In this document: one piece after another, positions 1-15,189 of the stretch
Position numbering within the stretch: position 1 is the stretch's first letter
Layout: each line of letters begins with the position of its first letter
From: the human T2T-CHM13v2.0 reference genome, Homo sapiens
Assembly (NCBI RefSeq): GCF_009914755.1
Contig: NC_060947.1
Direction: 5' to 3' (one strand)
Length of the DNA: 64,000 bases
Position numbers and translations under genes: made by a program
Notes under the pieces: generated by a model
What the model saw: only the letters and a program-made list of their open reading frames with translations
What the model was told of the DNA's origin: nothing
Databases searched by the model: none

Positions 1-287
1 TTGTGAAAGATCCGAGAGGCTTAAACATAAGTTTCAGACATCTTGACATTTTACCCATACATACTGAGAAAGACATTCCTCTACATAACTATAATACATT
101 TATCACACTCAGGAAATTAAACATTGATACTGTACTGTTATAAGCATTCCACATTCCTATTTCTTATAATAATAAGAACAATAATAACTAATAAAACTAA
201 TAACAATAGTGTCCTTTATATTGTTTTTCTTAAATCCAGATCCAATTAGAAATCATACATTACAGTTAGTTGTTACATCTCTTTCCT

Positions 288-585
288 TTCTTTTTTTTTT
301 TTTTTTTTTTTTTTTTTGAGACAGAGTCTTGCTCTGTCGCCTAGGCTGGAGTGCAGTGGCACCATCTCGGCTCACTGCAACCTCTGCCTCCTGGGTTCAA
401 GCAGTTCTCCCAAGTAGCTGGGATTACAGGCGTGTGCCACCACACCTGGCTAATTTTTATATTTTTAGTAGAGATGGGATTTCACCATGTTAGCCAGGCT
501 GGTCTCAAACTCCTGACCTCAGGTGATCTGCCCGCCTTGGCCTCCCAAAGTGCTGGGATTACAGGGTGAGCCACCACGCCCGGCC
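288..585 (-). mobile_element. Alu (AluS-type) with small internal deletion
   Basis: Poly-T then Alu reverse complement; TSD ctctttcct (279-287 / 586-594). Confidence 0.95.
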
Positions 586-1284
586 CTCTTTCCTGTCTTT
601 TAAAGGTTATCCCTGAGCTTTTTTTTTTTTTTTTTTTTACCTTTTGTGACATCGACATTTTTGAATAGTCCAGGTCAGCTGTTTTGCATAATGTTCCTGA
701 ATTTGGTTTGATTATTTCCTAATGAATAGAATCTGTTTTGGGAGGAGAGGGCAGGAATATTTAATGTGTGATCTGTGTCCTTAGTGCATCACATCAGAGG
801 GCACGTGATGTCAATTTTTCCCATTATTGGTGACATTAAATTTGATCATTTGGTTTAAGTGGTGTCCACCAGACCTCTCCATTATAGAGGTAACTTTCCC
901 CTTTATAAAATTATAACTAGTGGTACTTTGAGACTGTGACTATATTATTCTCTAACATTTCACTTAACGATTTTACATCTATTGATGATTCTTGCCTGAA
1001 TCAATTATTACAATGGTGATTGCACAATGTTGGTTTTTTAATTCTAACAATCCTGCATTAATTAGTTGGCCTTCTTCTGTAAACAACTTTCCCGTCTCCT
1101 CCTCCCTACCTCTTAATTTTTTAAAGAATAGGGTTGGTTTGAATTCTTTATTTAATGTGTTATGATCTGTTCCAGTCCTTAGTTATTTTAATACTCAAAA
1201 CTGTCCCATATTTAGCAAGTGAGAGTCCTTTTAAGCTGGCTTCTGCCTTCTTTCTGGCATGACTTTATCAGTTTTGTTTTTGTA

Positions 1285-1481
1285 CAGTAAGTCCTCACTT
1301 AAGGCCTTCAATAGATTCTTGAAAACTGTGACTTTAAGTGAAACAAAGTATTAAAAAACCCATATTCCTTCCTTATCAGTGTTATAATGAAACAATGTTA
1401 TTCAAGGACCTGCTGTACACCATTTCACTTGAAGTTGCAGTTTCCAAGAATGTATCAGTGAGGTTAAGTGAGTACTTACTG
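1285..1481. mobile_element. MER6B-like short TcMar-Tigger element with long terminal inverted repeats
   Basis: Starts TA|cagtaagtcctcacttaa; ~60-bp arm is the imperfect reverse complement of the end ...ttaagtgagtacttactg. Confidence 0.75.
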
Positions 1482-1622
1482 CACTTCCATATTTTGTGCC
1501 ACAAGATATTCCAAGTTCCCTTTATACTTTCCCCACTCCAGCCTAGAATCGTCTATTTCTCCAAGAAGCCCTGGTTCTGTATAGTGGGAAATAATTTCTA
1601 CAGACTAAGATCTGGGCACTAG

Positions 1623-2057
<435 letters not shown>

Positions 2058-2288
2058 TAAGGCTGAATTAGACAAGAATGTATAAAGTATAAGAAGAATT
2101 TTAGAAGGTAGGTAATATTTCTGATAATGGTTTTCATTTATGTAAGATGACCTAAGTGCATGACACCTGGTAATGTCAAAATTGACACTCATATTAAAAA
2201 GCCATATTGAACATGCCATGCTCTCATCAGCATGGTAATATGCATTTTCCATATATAATCTAGAATGTAATTTGCATCATTTAACATA

Positions 2289-2635
<347 letters not shown>

Positions 2636-3614
2636 TAGGTTTGAAACCTTATTCACACTTACAACTATTTTGGGGTTTTATTTGAGAAGAGGGGGAGAAA
2701 AGACGAATGAAGAAAGAGAAAGGAAACACAAGGTGCTTTAATTAGAGAAAACCACTGGATTTCTGGTAGTTGAATCTATCATCTGAATGAGTATTGACAT
2801 AAAGCATAGGTTTATAGGTTTATAAAGGGATTTCCTTAATTCTCAGGGAAGCTGTGTGGCACAGGCTATTAACTATCCAATACTGCCCACTCCTCTAGAA
2901 CTGAGCAAAGTAGGGATCTTCATAAATTATTTTTTAAATGATTATTGTATATGTAACCCACATAAAGCTGAGCTGTACCATGGCCCAGTCATAATATAGT
3001 GCTGTTTTCAAAGAAAACAGTTCAATATTCGAGAAACAATTTCAAAAGTAATTTAAATTTTAATAAATCATCTTAATTTTATTTTATTTTTGGTAAAACA
3101 TTTTTTAAACTCCAAAGGGAGGTTCTATTTATATTACATGGGAAAACTTTTATAACTCTTTCCCCCACCATTTCTCCCTCTCTTCCTATGCCTAACTTCA
3201 ACATCTTACGCACGTGGCAGAAATCCTCTGTCCAAAACCCTCCATCCTGTCTCCAAAACTCATTTAGAGCTAGCTGTTTTCTTTTTCTCCCTCTTTTATC
3301 ACCTTCCAGATCTCATTTCTTTTCTTCTAGTATCCCCTGCCCTTTTTAAAACAGAGGTTTTTTTTTTTAAGCAGTTTTAGATTCAGAGCAAATGTAAAGG
3401 GAGGTACAAATATTTCCCATACTCCCTTCCCCCATACATGCACAGACTCCCACATTATCAACATCCCCCACCAGAGTGGTATATTTGCTACAATTGATGA
3501 ACTTACACTTGACACATGATTATCATGCACAGATCAGAGTTTACCTTAGAGCTGCCTCTAATGTATATTCTATGGGTTTGGACAAATGTATAGTGACATA
3601 TATTCACGTGGAAG

Positions 3615-4175
3615 TAACTGATTTGTTTTTTATTTTATAGGCTCATCGGCAGAAGGGATTTGCCTCTTCTCAAATGAGACTTCGGACTTGGACTTTTGAG
3701 TTAATGCTGAAATGAGTGAAGACTCTGGGGTACTGTTGGGGAGGCATGATTAGTTTTGAAATGTGAAAAGGACATGATATTTGGGAGGGGCCAGGGTGAA
3801 ATGATATGGTTTGGTTTTGTCCCCACCCAAGTTTCATCGTGAATTTTAATCTGAATTGTAATCCCCACGTATTGAGGAAGGGACCTGGTGTGACGTGATT
3901 GGATCACGGGGCGGTTTCCCTCATGATGTTCTCATAATAGTGAGTTCGCAAGAGATCTGGTCGTTTGATAAGTGTCTGCTGCTTCCCCCTTCACTTTCTC
4001 TCTCTCCTGCCGCCATATAAAATGTGCCTTGCTTCCCCTTCGCCTTTTGCCATGATTGTAATTTTCCTGAGACTTCCCCAGCCATGCAGAACTGTGAGTC
4101 AATGAAACCTCCTTTTATCATAAATTACCCAGTCTCTGGTAATATCTTTATAGCAGTGTGAAAACGGACTAATAT
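3615..4175 (+). mobile_element. THE1/MST (ERVL-MaLR): end of internal region plus 3' LTR (LTR ~3801-4175)
   Basis: Purine tract gggaggggccagggtgaaa followed by tgatatggtttgg...ggactaata. Confidence 0.85.
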
Positions 4176-4179
4176 ACCA

Positions 4180-6096
4180 TGTATTTAAAGGACTTGAGTG
4201 TTATGATCTAAGTTTTTGGTCACTGCAGCCAGCATTACGGGGTAACTCAAGTCCAGTAACACTGTGGCTCTTGTAGACTCATAGAGGTGTCACCTTGTTG
4301 TTCTTGGATAAGATCCAGAAGAATTCCTTGTATTACCAGGCAAAGATTCTTGTTCTCTTCCCTTATTTTTTCCCAAACAAATGGAGCCTCTCTCTCTGTG
4401 CTGAGCTGCCTGGAACTGGGAGAGGGGTGACACAAGCACCCCTGTGGCCACTACTATTGGGACTGTGCTGGGTCAGACCCAAAGCCAGAACAGCACTGGG
4501 TCTCACCGAAGGCCTGCTGTAACTACTGCCTATGTTTGTTCAAAGACCTAGGGTTCTACAATCAGCAGCTGGTGGAGCCAGCCAGGTTTCCGTCCTTCTC
4601 TTCAGAGTGGCATGTTCCCACCAGCCCTGGGCAGGTCCAGAGATGCTGTTTGGGAGCCAGGGCCTGGAGCCAGAAACCTTAGAAATCTACCTGGTGCTCT
4701 ATTCTACTGCAGCTGAGGTGGCATCCAAGCCACAAGACAAAGTCCTTCCCACTCTTCCCTCCACTTTCCACAAGCAGAGGAGTCTCTCCCTGTAGCCACC
4801 ATCACCCCAGAACCATGGCAGGTACTACCTGGCTAAAGCCAATGTTCACTGAAGGGCCAAGGTCTCTTCAGTCAGTTTGTGGTGAATGCTGCCAAGCCTA
4901 GGACTCTCCCTTTAGGTCAGTGGGCTCCCCTCTGGCCCAGGGCAGGTCCAGAAATGCTGTCTAAGAGCCAAGGCCTAGAATCAGGGACCCCAAGAGCCCA
5001 TTTGGTGCTCTGGCCAAGCTGGTACCTCAGGTGTAAGACAAAGTCCTCTTTACTCTTTCCTCTCTTTTTCTCAAGCAGAAGAAGTCTCTCCCTGTAGCCA
5101 CCACAGCTGAGAATGTGCTGGGCCATACCTGAAGCCAGCATGTCTCTGAGTCTCACCCAAGGTCCACGGCAAGTACTGCCACTGCTAATTATTTAGGGCC
5201 CAAGGGATTTTTAGTCAGCAAGTGATTAATCCTGCCAGGACTGGGTTCTTCTCTGCAAGGCAGCAGGTTCCATTCTGGCTCAGCGTGTGTCTAGAAATGT
5301 CATCCAGGAGCTGGGGCCTTGAATGGAGGCCCCAGGACTCTGCCTCATGGCCTCTCCTACTGTGGCTGAACTGGTATCCAAGTGGCAATAAATGTCCTCT
5401 TTACTCTTCCCTGTCCTTTCTTAAGTAAAAGGAAGGGATCTCTCCCAGAGCTGCAAGCTGTGCAGCCCGGGGTTAGGGGAGGGGTGGCACAAGCATCCCC
5501 TTGGCTACTCCGGCTGGTGTCTCACTAGGTCGCATGCCTCCCAAGTGTACTGGCTCCAAGCCCAGCACAGCACCAACACTTGCCCAGGAATTGCAGTTCT
5601 TGTGGCCTAGACTGCCTTTCAAATTTATGTAGGACCACAGAGCACTTTAACGCATGGTGGCGAGGCTTGAAAGAACTCAGATTCTGACTGCCGAGATGGG
5701 TGATTCCCTTCTGGCTAGGGCTGCTCTAAATGCTCCGTCTGTGGGCACCAGCTGAGTTCTGCCTGGTGTTGCTTTCCACTGTGACAGGGCAGCACTGAGT
5801 TCCAATGCAAAGTCCCACCATCACTGTGCTCTCCTTCTCCCAAGCCCACAGATTCTTTCTTCCACACCATGCAGCTGCTTCTGGGGGATGGAGAAGAAGT
5901 GGTGTCAGCAATTCAAGACTGTCTTTCCTACCCTCTTCAGTGCCTCTTTCAGTGATAAGAAGTTAAAGCCAGGTACTGTGATCACTCATCTTTTTGGTTC
6001 TTAGGAAAGTGCTGTTGTTTGTGGATAGTTGTTCAATTTGGTGCTCCTACAGGGAAGATGATCAGTGGAGCCTTCTATTCAGCCATCTTGCTCCTC
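4180..6096 (-). mobile_element. Old L1 5' UTR (L1M/L1MA-type) with internal ~300-bp repeats
   Basis: Minus strand begins gaggagcaagatggctgaatag (L1 5' end with YY1 motif); repeated caagacaaagtcc-like units near 4733, 5035 and 5390. Confidence 0.8.
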
Positions 6097-6680
6097 TGAA
6101 AAGCGTTTTGAAAATGTCCTATGGAAGCTTGACTTTCTGGCACTTTCCAAGGAATGGGTTTTCCTTCTTATGAAAAAGAAAGATTTTATTATATTTGTGA
6201 TCACTGTTTTTAAACAAGCTCTGTCAAATGTAACTGTATCTTTCTATGGAGATACCCGCATGTTTGTAATCAGAGAGTATAAATAACAATTGCAAATCCC
6301 ATCTTTATACTTCAGGGTCTCCATGGCAACATCACCTCGTCCCCTTGTAGATAGGCAGAGCCATGTGATTTGTTCTGGCCAATGTTCTGTGAAGGGAGGA
6401 GTCATTCCTGGACTGAGGTGGTGAAAAGTTCACCTGTGATTCTGTCTCTTCCTCTGCTGGGGGACTAAAGAGGCTGCATGTTCCAGACAGTATAGATACA
6501 AGGTGTTGAAGCCTCTGACAGCATAGGTACCTGGGTGACTGAAACAGACTTTTGTTGTACTGTATCAGGCCACTAAGATTCAGGGCTTGTTTGCTACCTC
6601 ATTCCTTATAATCAGCCTCTCCTTGTTTTTCATATCTATTCACTATAAGTAACATTTTAAGCTAAACTATTTAAGTTTAG

Positions 6681-6936
6681 CTTGGGCCCTAAATAATCAG
6701 CAGTGGCAGTACTTGCCGTGGACCTTGGGTGAGACTCAGAGACATGCTGGCTTCAGGTATGGCCCAGCACATTCTCAGCTGTGGTGGCTACAGGGAGAGA
6801 CTTCTTCTGCTTGAGAAAAAGAGAGGAAAGTGTAAAGAGGACTTTGTCTTACACCTGAGGTACCAGCTTGGCCAGAGCACCAAATGGGCTCTTGGGGTCC
6901 CTGATTCTAGGCCTTGGCTCTTAGACAGCATTTCTG
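6681..6936 (+). repeat. 256-bp inverted copy of 4949-5204
   Basis: Manual alignment gives 2 mismatches in 256 bp; ORFs 4917..5156(-) and 6729..6944(+) translate almost identically. Confidence 0.95.
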
Positions 6937-6997
6937 CTGTCTAACTATATATGCATTTATATGCATCTACCAAAAATCAAGTATATATTATGTATAT

Positions 6998-7328
6998 TGC
7001 TATGGTTTGGCTGTGTCTCCACCCAAATCTCATCTTGAATTGTAGCTCCCATAATTCCCACGTGTCATGGGAAGGACCCAGTGGGAGGTAATTGAATCAT
7101 GGGGGAGGATCTTTCCCATGCTGTTCTCGTGATAGTAAGTCTCATGAGAGCACATGCTCTCTTTGCCTGCTGCCATGGAAGATGTGACTTTGCTTCTCCT
7201 TTGCCTTCTGCCATGATTGTGAGGCCTCCCCAGCCATGTGAAACTGTGAGTCAATTAAACCTCTTTCCTTTATATATTACCCAGTCTTGGGTATGTCTTT
7301 ATTAGCAGTGTGAGAACAGACTAATACA
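6998..7328 (+). mobile_element. THE1-type solo LTR with internal deletion
   Basis: tgctatggtttggctgtgt...cagactaataca. Confidence 0.9.
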
Positions 7329-7911
7329 TGTATATAATATATAAATTATAAAAGTAATATATCAAGCATGTATATGTTATATACATCCACTAAATATATT
7401 AAATATATATAATATATTCTCCATACCTCAGCTGTGACAGCTATTATCAGTTTGATTCATATGCTTCCAGGCTTTTTCTATATAAAGGTATGAAAGCATT
7501 CAACATCTAGGTTTCATATGGCAACTTTGTCACTAATGTCAAGCTTTTTACCTTTATTAACTAACTCCAAATCCCCAAAGGAGAGTTAAAAGTTTGTTCT
7601 TTTAAATGTTAAAATATTAAAGTTTGTCTTCCACATTTCGCTCAGAGTGAAAACTGCCTTATGTCTCCTTCTTCGGCCTCAAATAGTTCTTTCCTCTTGG
7701 ATGAGTTGTTAGAGTTGATCATTGAGAGGGCAAGAGAGCCTTCAATCTCCCTGGCTCTTGACAGCTTCTTCCTTTTGCTGCAAAGGTTGAAGAAGGAAAA
7801 GAAAGAAATTTCCAAAGCACAGTGTCCCAAGTATAGCTCCAGCAGGAAGAGGCGTTTTTCCAATGTACTCTTCTTAGTTTCCCCACCTCCCACCATCTCG
7901 TTAACCTTTTC

Positions 7912-8238
7912 TTTTCTTTTCTTTTCTTTTTTTTGTTTTTTTTTTTTTTGAGACAGAGTCTGGCTCTGTCACCCAGGGTGGAGTGCAGTGGTGCGATCTC
8001 CACTCACTGCAACCTCCGCCTCCCGAGTTCAAACGATTCTCCCACCTCAGCCTCCTGAGTAATCCCGAGCTGGCATTACAGACATGTGCCACCATGCCCG
8101 GCTAATTTTTCTATTTTTAGTAGAGATGGGGTTTCACCATGTTGGCCAGGCTGGTCTCAAACTCCTGACCTCAGGTGATCTGATCACCTCAGCCTCCCAA
8201 AGTGCTGGAATTACAGACATGAGCCACTGCACCCGGCC
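7912..8238 (-). mobile_element. AluS
   Basis: Alu consensus; TSD tcgttaaccttttc. Confidence 0.95.
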
Positions 8239-8469
8239 TCGTTAACCTTTTCAACTAGACTACTATAGTAGATAATATTGCAGTCTCACAATTAATCCCT
8301 TTTACCAGCCCAGAGATTACTGTGGACACTCCCCATGCATACTGGTGGCTTCCTGCATCTCTCTGTGCCTTCTGGATGATTAAGCATGCTGAAAATGTCT
8401 GGGAATTAACAACCTCGGGAAGAATACTCAGGACCTCCACTTATGGGGGATAAGAATAAATAAATACAT

Positions 8470-9266
8470 AAATCCGCACTTAATGTCATCAACAGGTTCT
8501 TAGAAACTGCCACTTTAAGCAAGCAACATATAACAAAACCAATTTTCCCATAGGCTAATTGATATAAACAAGAGTTAAGTTCCTGTAGCATATTTCTGGT
8601 CTTCAAAACATGACAAAACTTCTAAATAAAGACCCAAAACACTTGTAATTTAGCAAAGATTAACAAAAACCAGTAAGATAATTATTTACCCAATTTTTGG
8701 CACATCAGTGAGCGATGACAGTTGTGGTGGTAGTGGGTTAAATCAAGGAATAAATGTTTGCAAAGCAAACATTGTAAGGAGCATCTCATACCACCACGCA
8801 GTTCAAAACCAAACAATCATAAAGAGAGCAGGCTCACTGAGCGCTTTTTTACCGCATCTTTTATTGATTGTTGTGGACTTTATGAATTTTTATTTGACAA
8901 TAATTTGTATTCATTCATTCATTCGTTTTCCAACCTGTTTATTCTAGTTCAGGGTCACGGGTGGCCAGTGCCTATCACAGCAGCTCAGGGCGCCAGGTAG
9001 GAACCCACCCTGACCAGGAAGCCATCTCATCATGGGCGGCACTCACACACCCATACTCACTCAGACTGGGGCCATGTAGGCAAGTCAGTTGCACCTCATG
9101 CGCACAGCTTTGGGATGTGGGAGGAAACTGGAGTACCTGGAAAAAACCCACACAGACTCCACACAGATCCTGGCCTGGCCCCAGCCAGGAATCAATTTTA
9201 TTTTTTCTCATCAACCTTATAACAAAACAGCGTTGAATAAAACAGTGTTATTGGAGGACTTACTGT
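8470..9266. mobile_element. MER6 (TcMar-Tigger) DNA transposon
   Basis: acttaatgtcatcaacaggttcttagaaactg ... gttattggaggacttactg|ta; same termini family as the 1285 element. Confidence 0.75.
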
Positions 9267-9269
9267 AAG

Positions 9270-9525
9270 CCAGCTTCTTTGACCCCCAGTGGCACAGTTC
9301 TGAGATATCTTGTACTCCCTGTCTCAGAGGACTCCTGCCGGAATTGAGCCTCAGTTGCCCAAAGTAATAACTTGCCCACTGACACACCCTTTATTAGCTT
9401 CCCTCCTTTCCTTGTCTCACTTCCTCACTCTGTCACTGTACTTCCTGGGATCACCTCCTAAATAAACTACTTGTTTCTAAAACTTTGTCTCAAGATCTGC
9501 TTTCGGGGGAGCCGAAATGAAGACA
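9270..9525 (+). mobile_element. Old ERVL LTR 3' part (LTR16/LTR33-like)
   Basis: aataaactacttg...gtctcaagatctgctttcggggg...aagaca terminus. Confidence 0.55.
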
Positions 9526-10269
9526 GCCATAAGGAAACTTGGTTGACTACAACACTACCTTATATCTCTAAAGGCCAGAACTCACAACTTCTGCCTAGGC
9601 TGGGGTTTCTACTTTACCCTGAGATGTCAAGATCAGTCAGGAAGTATGTTAAAAATACTGAAATATGTGAATGATTTCCTTCGTAAGTATGAGTTAGAGT
9701 AAATCCAGTTACTCTGTGAACAGTGCCATTCTGTCTCACTGAGACAAGGTGTGAACTTATAGCTCGCTAGGAATTGGTCCCACCTGTGTCACCCATCTTC
9801 TATGTTTCAGTGGAGAAATTCCTAGGCAGGTTTTTTTTTTTTTTCTTAAAAGGTCTGCATTCAGTCACTCAACAAGTATTCATTGTTTATTAAGTGCCAG
9901 GCATGATGCTAGGTAGTGGGTATCACATTATAAGTATTAAAATTTTTATATGAGTAGTTGGTAACTATGATACATTAATTTAGAAACTTTAGTGGGATGT
10001 ATATACTTAATTATGTTCTTTAAATGTACTAAAAAGGAAATCGTGACTGTTAGGCAAATACTGTAAAATGGCTCACTTAACTCCTATTCTAATGTTGGTG
10101 GTATTTCAGGTGAAACTTTCCCGTGGGGTGATGGTGTATTTTTACTAACTACATTTTCCTGGCTGCATTATTTCTGGCTGAGTCATATCCAATCTCTTTC
10201 TGCTTAAACTAGCTAGAATGAACCTGTTGTCCATAACTATGAACTTTGAGTAAGAGAACTGTAAACACC

Positions 10270-10642
10270 AGCTGAGGAAAAGGTTGCAAAAGATACACAC
10301 ACTGGTCTGGGGAACAGGAATATGGATGAACCTATAGGAGAGGATACAGAGCGTGGGGACTTTTGTGTTTCATATTAATGACCACCAGAGAGCATCCACA
10401 TAGGTGCACAGCATGATCCATCTTGTGTATGTCAGCCAACCTCTTTCCTCGGCCACCCTGGTTCCTGTGAACAGAGTAGTCATGGTGGCAGTGATGGAAG
10501 CTGTATATGGGCCCAACAACATGTACTCCCTTTCATCATGGCTGATCTAACTACTGTCTCTGCTAAATGCCCAACCTTCCAGCAGTAGACACCAAAGCTG
10601 AGCCCTCAAAATGGACCATTGCTCTGGGAGATCAGCCAGCCA
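10270..10642 (+). mobile_element. ERVL internal fragment (integrase N-terminal zinc finger)
   Basis: Degenerate translation HGGSDGSCIWAQQHVLP..ADLTTVSAKCPTFQQ, typical of ERVL integrase. Confidence 0.7.
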
Positions 10643-11222
10643 ACAGCATATGTTGTCAAACTTTTGAATTTTTGCCAGTCTTGTAAGTGAGAAACATTAT
10701 CTCTGTATCATTTTAATTCGCATTTCTCTTACTGTAAGTAAAGTTGGATATCTTTTCACATATTTAAAGGCTGTTTTCATTTCTTTTTCTGTGAATGGTC
10801 TATACATATCTCTTACAACTTTTTCTATTTCTTTTCTTCTCAATTTAAGAAGTTCATTATATGTTAAAGATGCTTACTTCTTGATTGATATAAGTTGCAA
10901 ATATTTTTTTCCAATTGGTCATTTGTCTTCTCACTTTTGTATAATGTTTTCTGACATGTAAAATGTTTTTATTTTTATGTGATCAAATTTATCTTTTTCC
11001 TTATTGCTTCTGGACTTTGAATCATAGTTAGGAATGTTTTCCCTCTCCCAGACTTCAAGGGATTCACCCTTATTTTCTCTTATTATTTGTGTAGTTTCAT
11101 TTTTCACACTGAGAATTCTTCTCTATCTGGAATTTACCAGTGTAAGGAATAAATTGGATCTTATCTTTTTCTGTATGGCTATCAAGTTGTTCCAGTGCCA
11201 CTTATTTAAAAAGTGTTTCTTG

Positions 11223-11533
<311 letters not shown>

Positions 11534-12623
11534 CGTGTTTCTTTTCCCCATGATTGAAATAAGCTTTTATCATATACTATATTTCCATGTGTGTGTGGAT
11601 GTATTTCTTGCTTGCTTTATATTCTGTTCCATTTGTCAATTCATATGTCAATATCATAGTGATTTAATTATAAAACTTTTAAATATGTTTTCATATCTCT
11701 TGGAGCTAGCCCTCCTCATCACTTTTATTTCCTAAGGAATGTCTGTTCTTACTTGTTTATTCTTCTAAATAAACTTTATAATCAACATTTCTGGCTCCAG
11801 AAAATAAGACTGATGAAATTATATTGAGATAGTGTTAAATCTGTAGATTAGCTTACAAAGAATTGACATTTTTATGTTGTTAAATTTTTCTATCAAAGAA
11901 CGTGGTAATCTACTTATTCAAATATTTTAGGAGTGTTTTATAGTTTTTTCATAAAGATTTTCCACATTTCTTGTTATGTTTCTACTAAGGCACTTTATTT
12001 TATTTTGCTCTTGTAAATGGTGTTTTCTCTTCCATTATTTCTTCTAACTGGTTATTGATTAGAAGAAATATTGTTAAAATGTCCATACTGCCCAAAGTGA
12101 TCTACAAATTCAATGTAATCCCTATCAAAATTCTAACGACATTTCTTCACATAAATTTTTAAAAAATCCTAAAATTCATATGGAACCACAAAAGACCCTG
12201 AATAGCTAAAGCAATCTTGAGCAAAAATAGCAAAGCTAGAGGCATCATACTAGTTGACTTCAAAATATACTACAAATCTATAGTAATCAAAACTGCATGG
12301 TACTGACATAAAAACAACACACATAGATCACCAGAACAGAATATAGGGCCCAGAATAAATCCACACATTTACAGTCAATTTATTTGTCAGTTTTTGACAA
12401 AGATGCCAAGAACACACAATGGAGAATGAACAGTCTCTTGATTATTATTTGCAGTAATTTGTTCATTGACTGTTTTAGGTTTTCCAGGTATATAATAATA
12501 TCAGCTGCAACAAAAAAGATAACATTTTACTTCTTTCTTTCTCCTTATGATGCCTCTACTTGATTTTTTTTTCTAATTGCTTTGGCTAATACCTTCAATA
12601 CAATTCTTAAAACTAGTGGATCC

Positions 12624-12929
<306 letters not shown>

Positions 12930-13289
12930 CTAGTGGATCCAATGGGCCTTCTTATCTCAGTCCTGACTTTGGCATGAAAACCTCCCTTATTTGATTATTA
13001 AGTAAGATGCTGTACTTTGGGGGGAAATATATAAATATATAATCATGTTAAAGAAATATCCATGAGGTCCTGTTTTATCATTTTTAACATAAGTGTCAAC
13101 TCCTAAATTTGTAAGTGGTAAAAAAATGAGTCACATTATTTATCTAAAAGAAAATCTGTTAATGTAACACATGATCATAGTAACTTCACAGACAAGTGTG
13201 TTCAAGAATGTCTATTCCAGGAGGTTTATAATCCCAGGGGAGGGGTGCCGCATGAGCCAATCACAGAATAATTCAAAGGCTCTAGGATG

Positions 13290-13545
13290 GAGAGTAGGGA
13301 CAGTATAGTATAGTGGGTCCCTATATTAAAAAGACTCAGGTTCGAGTTCGAGTCCTAACTCTGCAACTGTGATCATGGGCAAGTTACTCAGCCTCTCAGG
13401 GCCTCAATTGCCTTTTATGTAAATGAGGATAATGATGCTAAGCTACCTGAAGGATTGCTGTGTTTAGTGAGATAATTGCCCCTGAAGATTTAGTTTAGGA
13501 CTTGGCACATACTAAAAGCTCATTAAGTGGTAGCTCTTATCATTA
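13290..13545 (+). mobile_element. MIR
   Basis: Core gggcaagttactcagcctctcagggcctcaattgcc...gtaaatgaggataat. Confidence 0.75.
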
Positions 13546-13814
13546 AGTGCTAAAACAAGTAGTAAAGATAATAAATGCTATGAGGGGGTCTCTGGAGGAG
13601 GGGGGCATTTAAGCCAATTCTTTGAAAGCTTTGTAGGGTTTGAATAGACAGAGGATTGAGGAGGAAAAAGAGGACTTTCTAGGTAGGAGGGGAAAGATCT
13701 TTAAAATGTAAACGGTCATGCCAAAACAGTAGTTCATTTTAATTTGTGTTTTTTTAAAGTTCCAATTGCTTTTTTTGTCCAGCTGCCTTTTAAAAGCATC
13801 ATTATTTAAAATCA

Positions 13815-14101
13815 AGCTGGGCATAGTGGCTCACACTTGTAATCCCAGCACTTTGGGAGGCCAAGACTGGCAGATCACTTGAAGCCAGAAGTTCGAGACC
13901 AGCCTCGTCAACATGGCAAAACCCCGTCTCTACTAAAAATACAAAAATTAGCAAGGTGTGGTGGCGCATGCCTGTAATCCCAACTACTCGGGAGGCTGAG
14001 GCACAAGAATCGCTTGAACCCAGGAGTTGGAGGTGGCAGTGAGCCGAGTTTGTGCCACTGCACTCTAGCCTAGGTGACAGAGTGAAACTCTGTCTCAAAA
14101 A

Positions 14102-14136
<35 letters not shown>

Positions 14137-14137
14137 A
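13815..14137 (+). mobile_element. AluS with (AAAT)n tail
   Basis: Alu consensus; TSD aaagcatcattatttaaaat. Confidence 0.95.
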
Positions 14138-14823
14138 GCATCATTATTTAAAATTTGATTTGCTGTCATTACATTTTGCAGAATACTTGAATATGAATAG
14201 CATGTTTTATTACGCATATGAGAGAAAAACATTTTGAATCAACTTCCATGCTGCCTATCTTTAAGGCCCCCATTGGCTTCCTCATCCCTTATAATTTTTG
14301 TCTAGCTGCTACTTTGCATTTTAATTTGACCCTGCCTTTTATTTATTTGCACTTATTACCAGAGTGCTTTCTTAAATTAAAATTTTTTGTGTGTTTCCTA
14401 TTCAGTATTTGATGACTGTTTATTACTGTAATTCATTGTTCAGAAAAATGTACCACATCCCACATCCATCATTATACTCCATTCTCCATGGGGTCTAAAC
14501 CATTTTACGGAGTCATTAAATGAATATATTATTTGGGAATTAAATGAATGGAAAGAAAGGGAAAGGGTATCCAAAGGTGGTGAGGAGGTGAGGGAGGCAG
14601 TGGTGGGACTTATTCAAAGCACACCCTCCACTGCAAGCAGGAAGTACATAAAAAGCCTGAGCCTTTCCCTTTCCCCTACCTCCCCACTCTGCCCACTAGT
14701 CCTCTAATTTAGTGGAAACTTGCATTAATCTCTTTTTCAGACTGAGATTGGGAGTGTGCAGGGTGGTTGAACAAAAATTTGTGAAACATGTTGGTTGTCT
14801 CAGGTTTTGTTATCCAAGAAGAC

Positions 14824-15189
14824 TGATATGGTTTGGCTATGTCCCCTTCCAAATCTCAACTTGAATTGTAGCTCCCATAATCCCCATGTATCATAGGAGG
14901 GACCCAGTGGGAGGTAATTGAATCATGGTGGTGGTGGGTTTTCCCATGCTGTTCTCATGACAATGAATAAGTCTCATGAGATCTGATGGTTTAATAAAGG
15001 GCAGTTCCCCTGCACAAGCTCTCTTGCCTGCTGCCATGTAAGATGTGCCTTTCCTCCTCCTTTGTCTTCTGCCATGATTGTGAGGCCTCCCCAGACATTT
15101 GGAACTGTGAGTCCATTAAACCTCTTTTTCTTTATAAATTACCCCGTCTCGGGTATTTCTTCATTGCAGTATGAAAATGGACTAATACA
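14824..15189 (+). mobile_element. THE1C/D-type solo LTR
   Basis: tgatatggtttgg...ggactaataca; 5-bp TSD aagac. Confidence 0.93.

Noticed and set aside
1285-1481. Long hairpin as a possible pre-miRNA or ncRNA
   Set aside because: Explained by the terminal inverted repeats of a MER6-type element
4500-5460. Diverged ~300-bp direct repeats
   Set aside because: Intrinsic structure of old L1 5' UTRs
7642-7951. Overlapping ORFs in apparently unique sequence
   Set aside because: No recognisable protein similarity, short, and the plus ORF runs into an Alu tail
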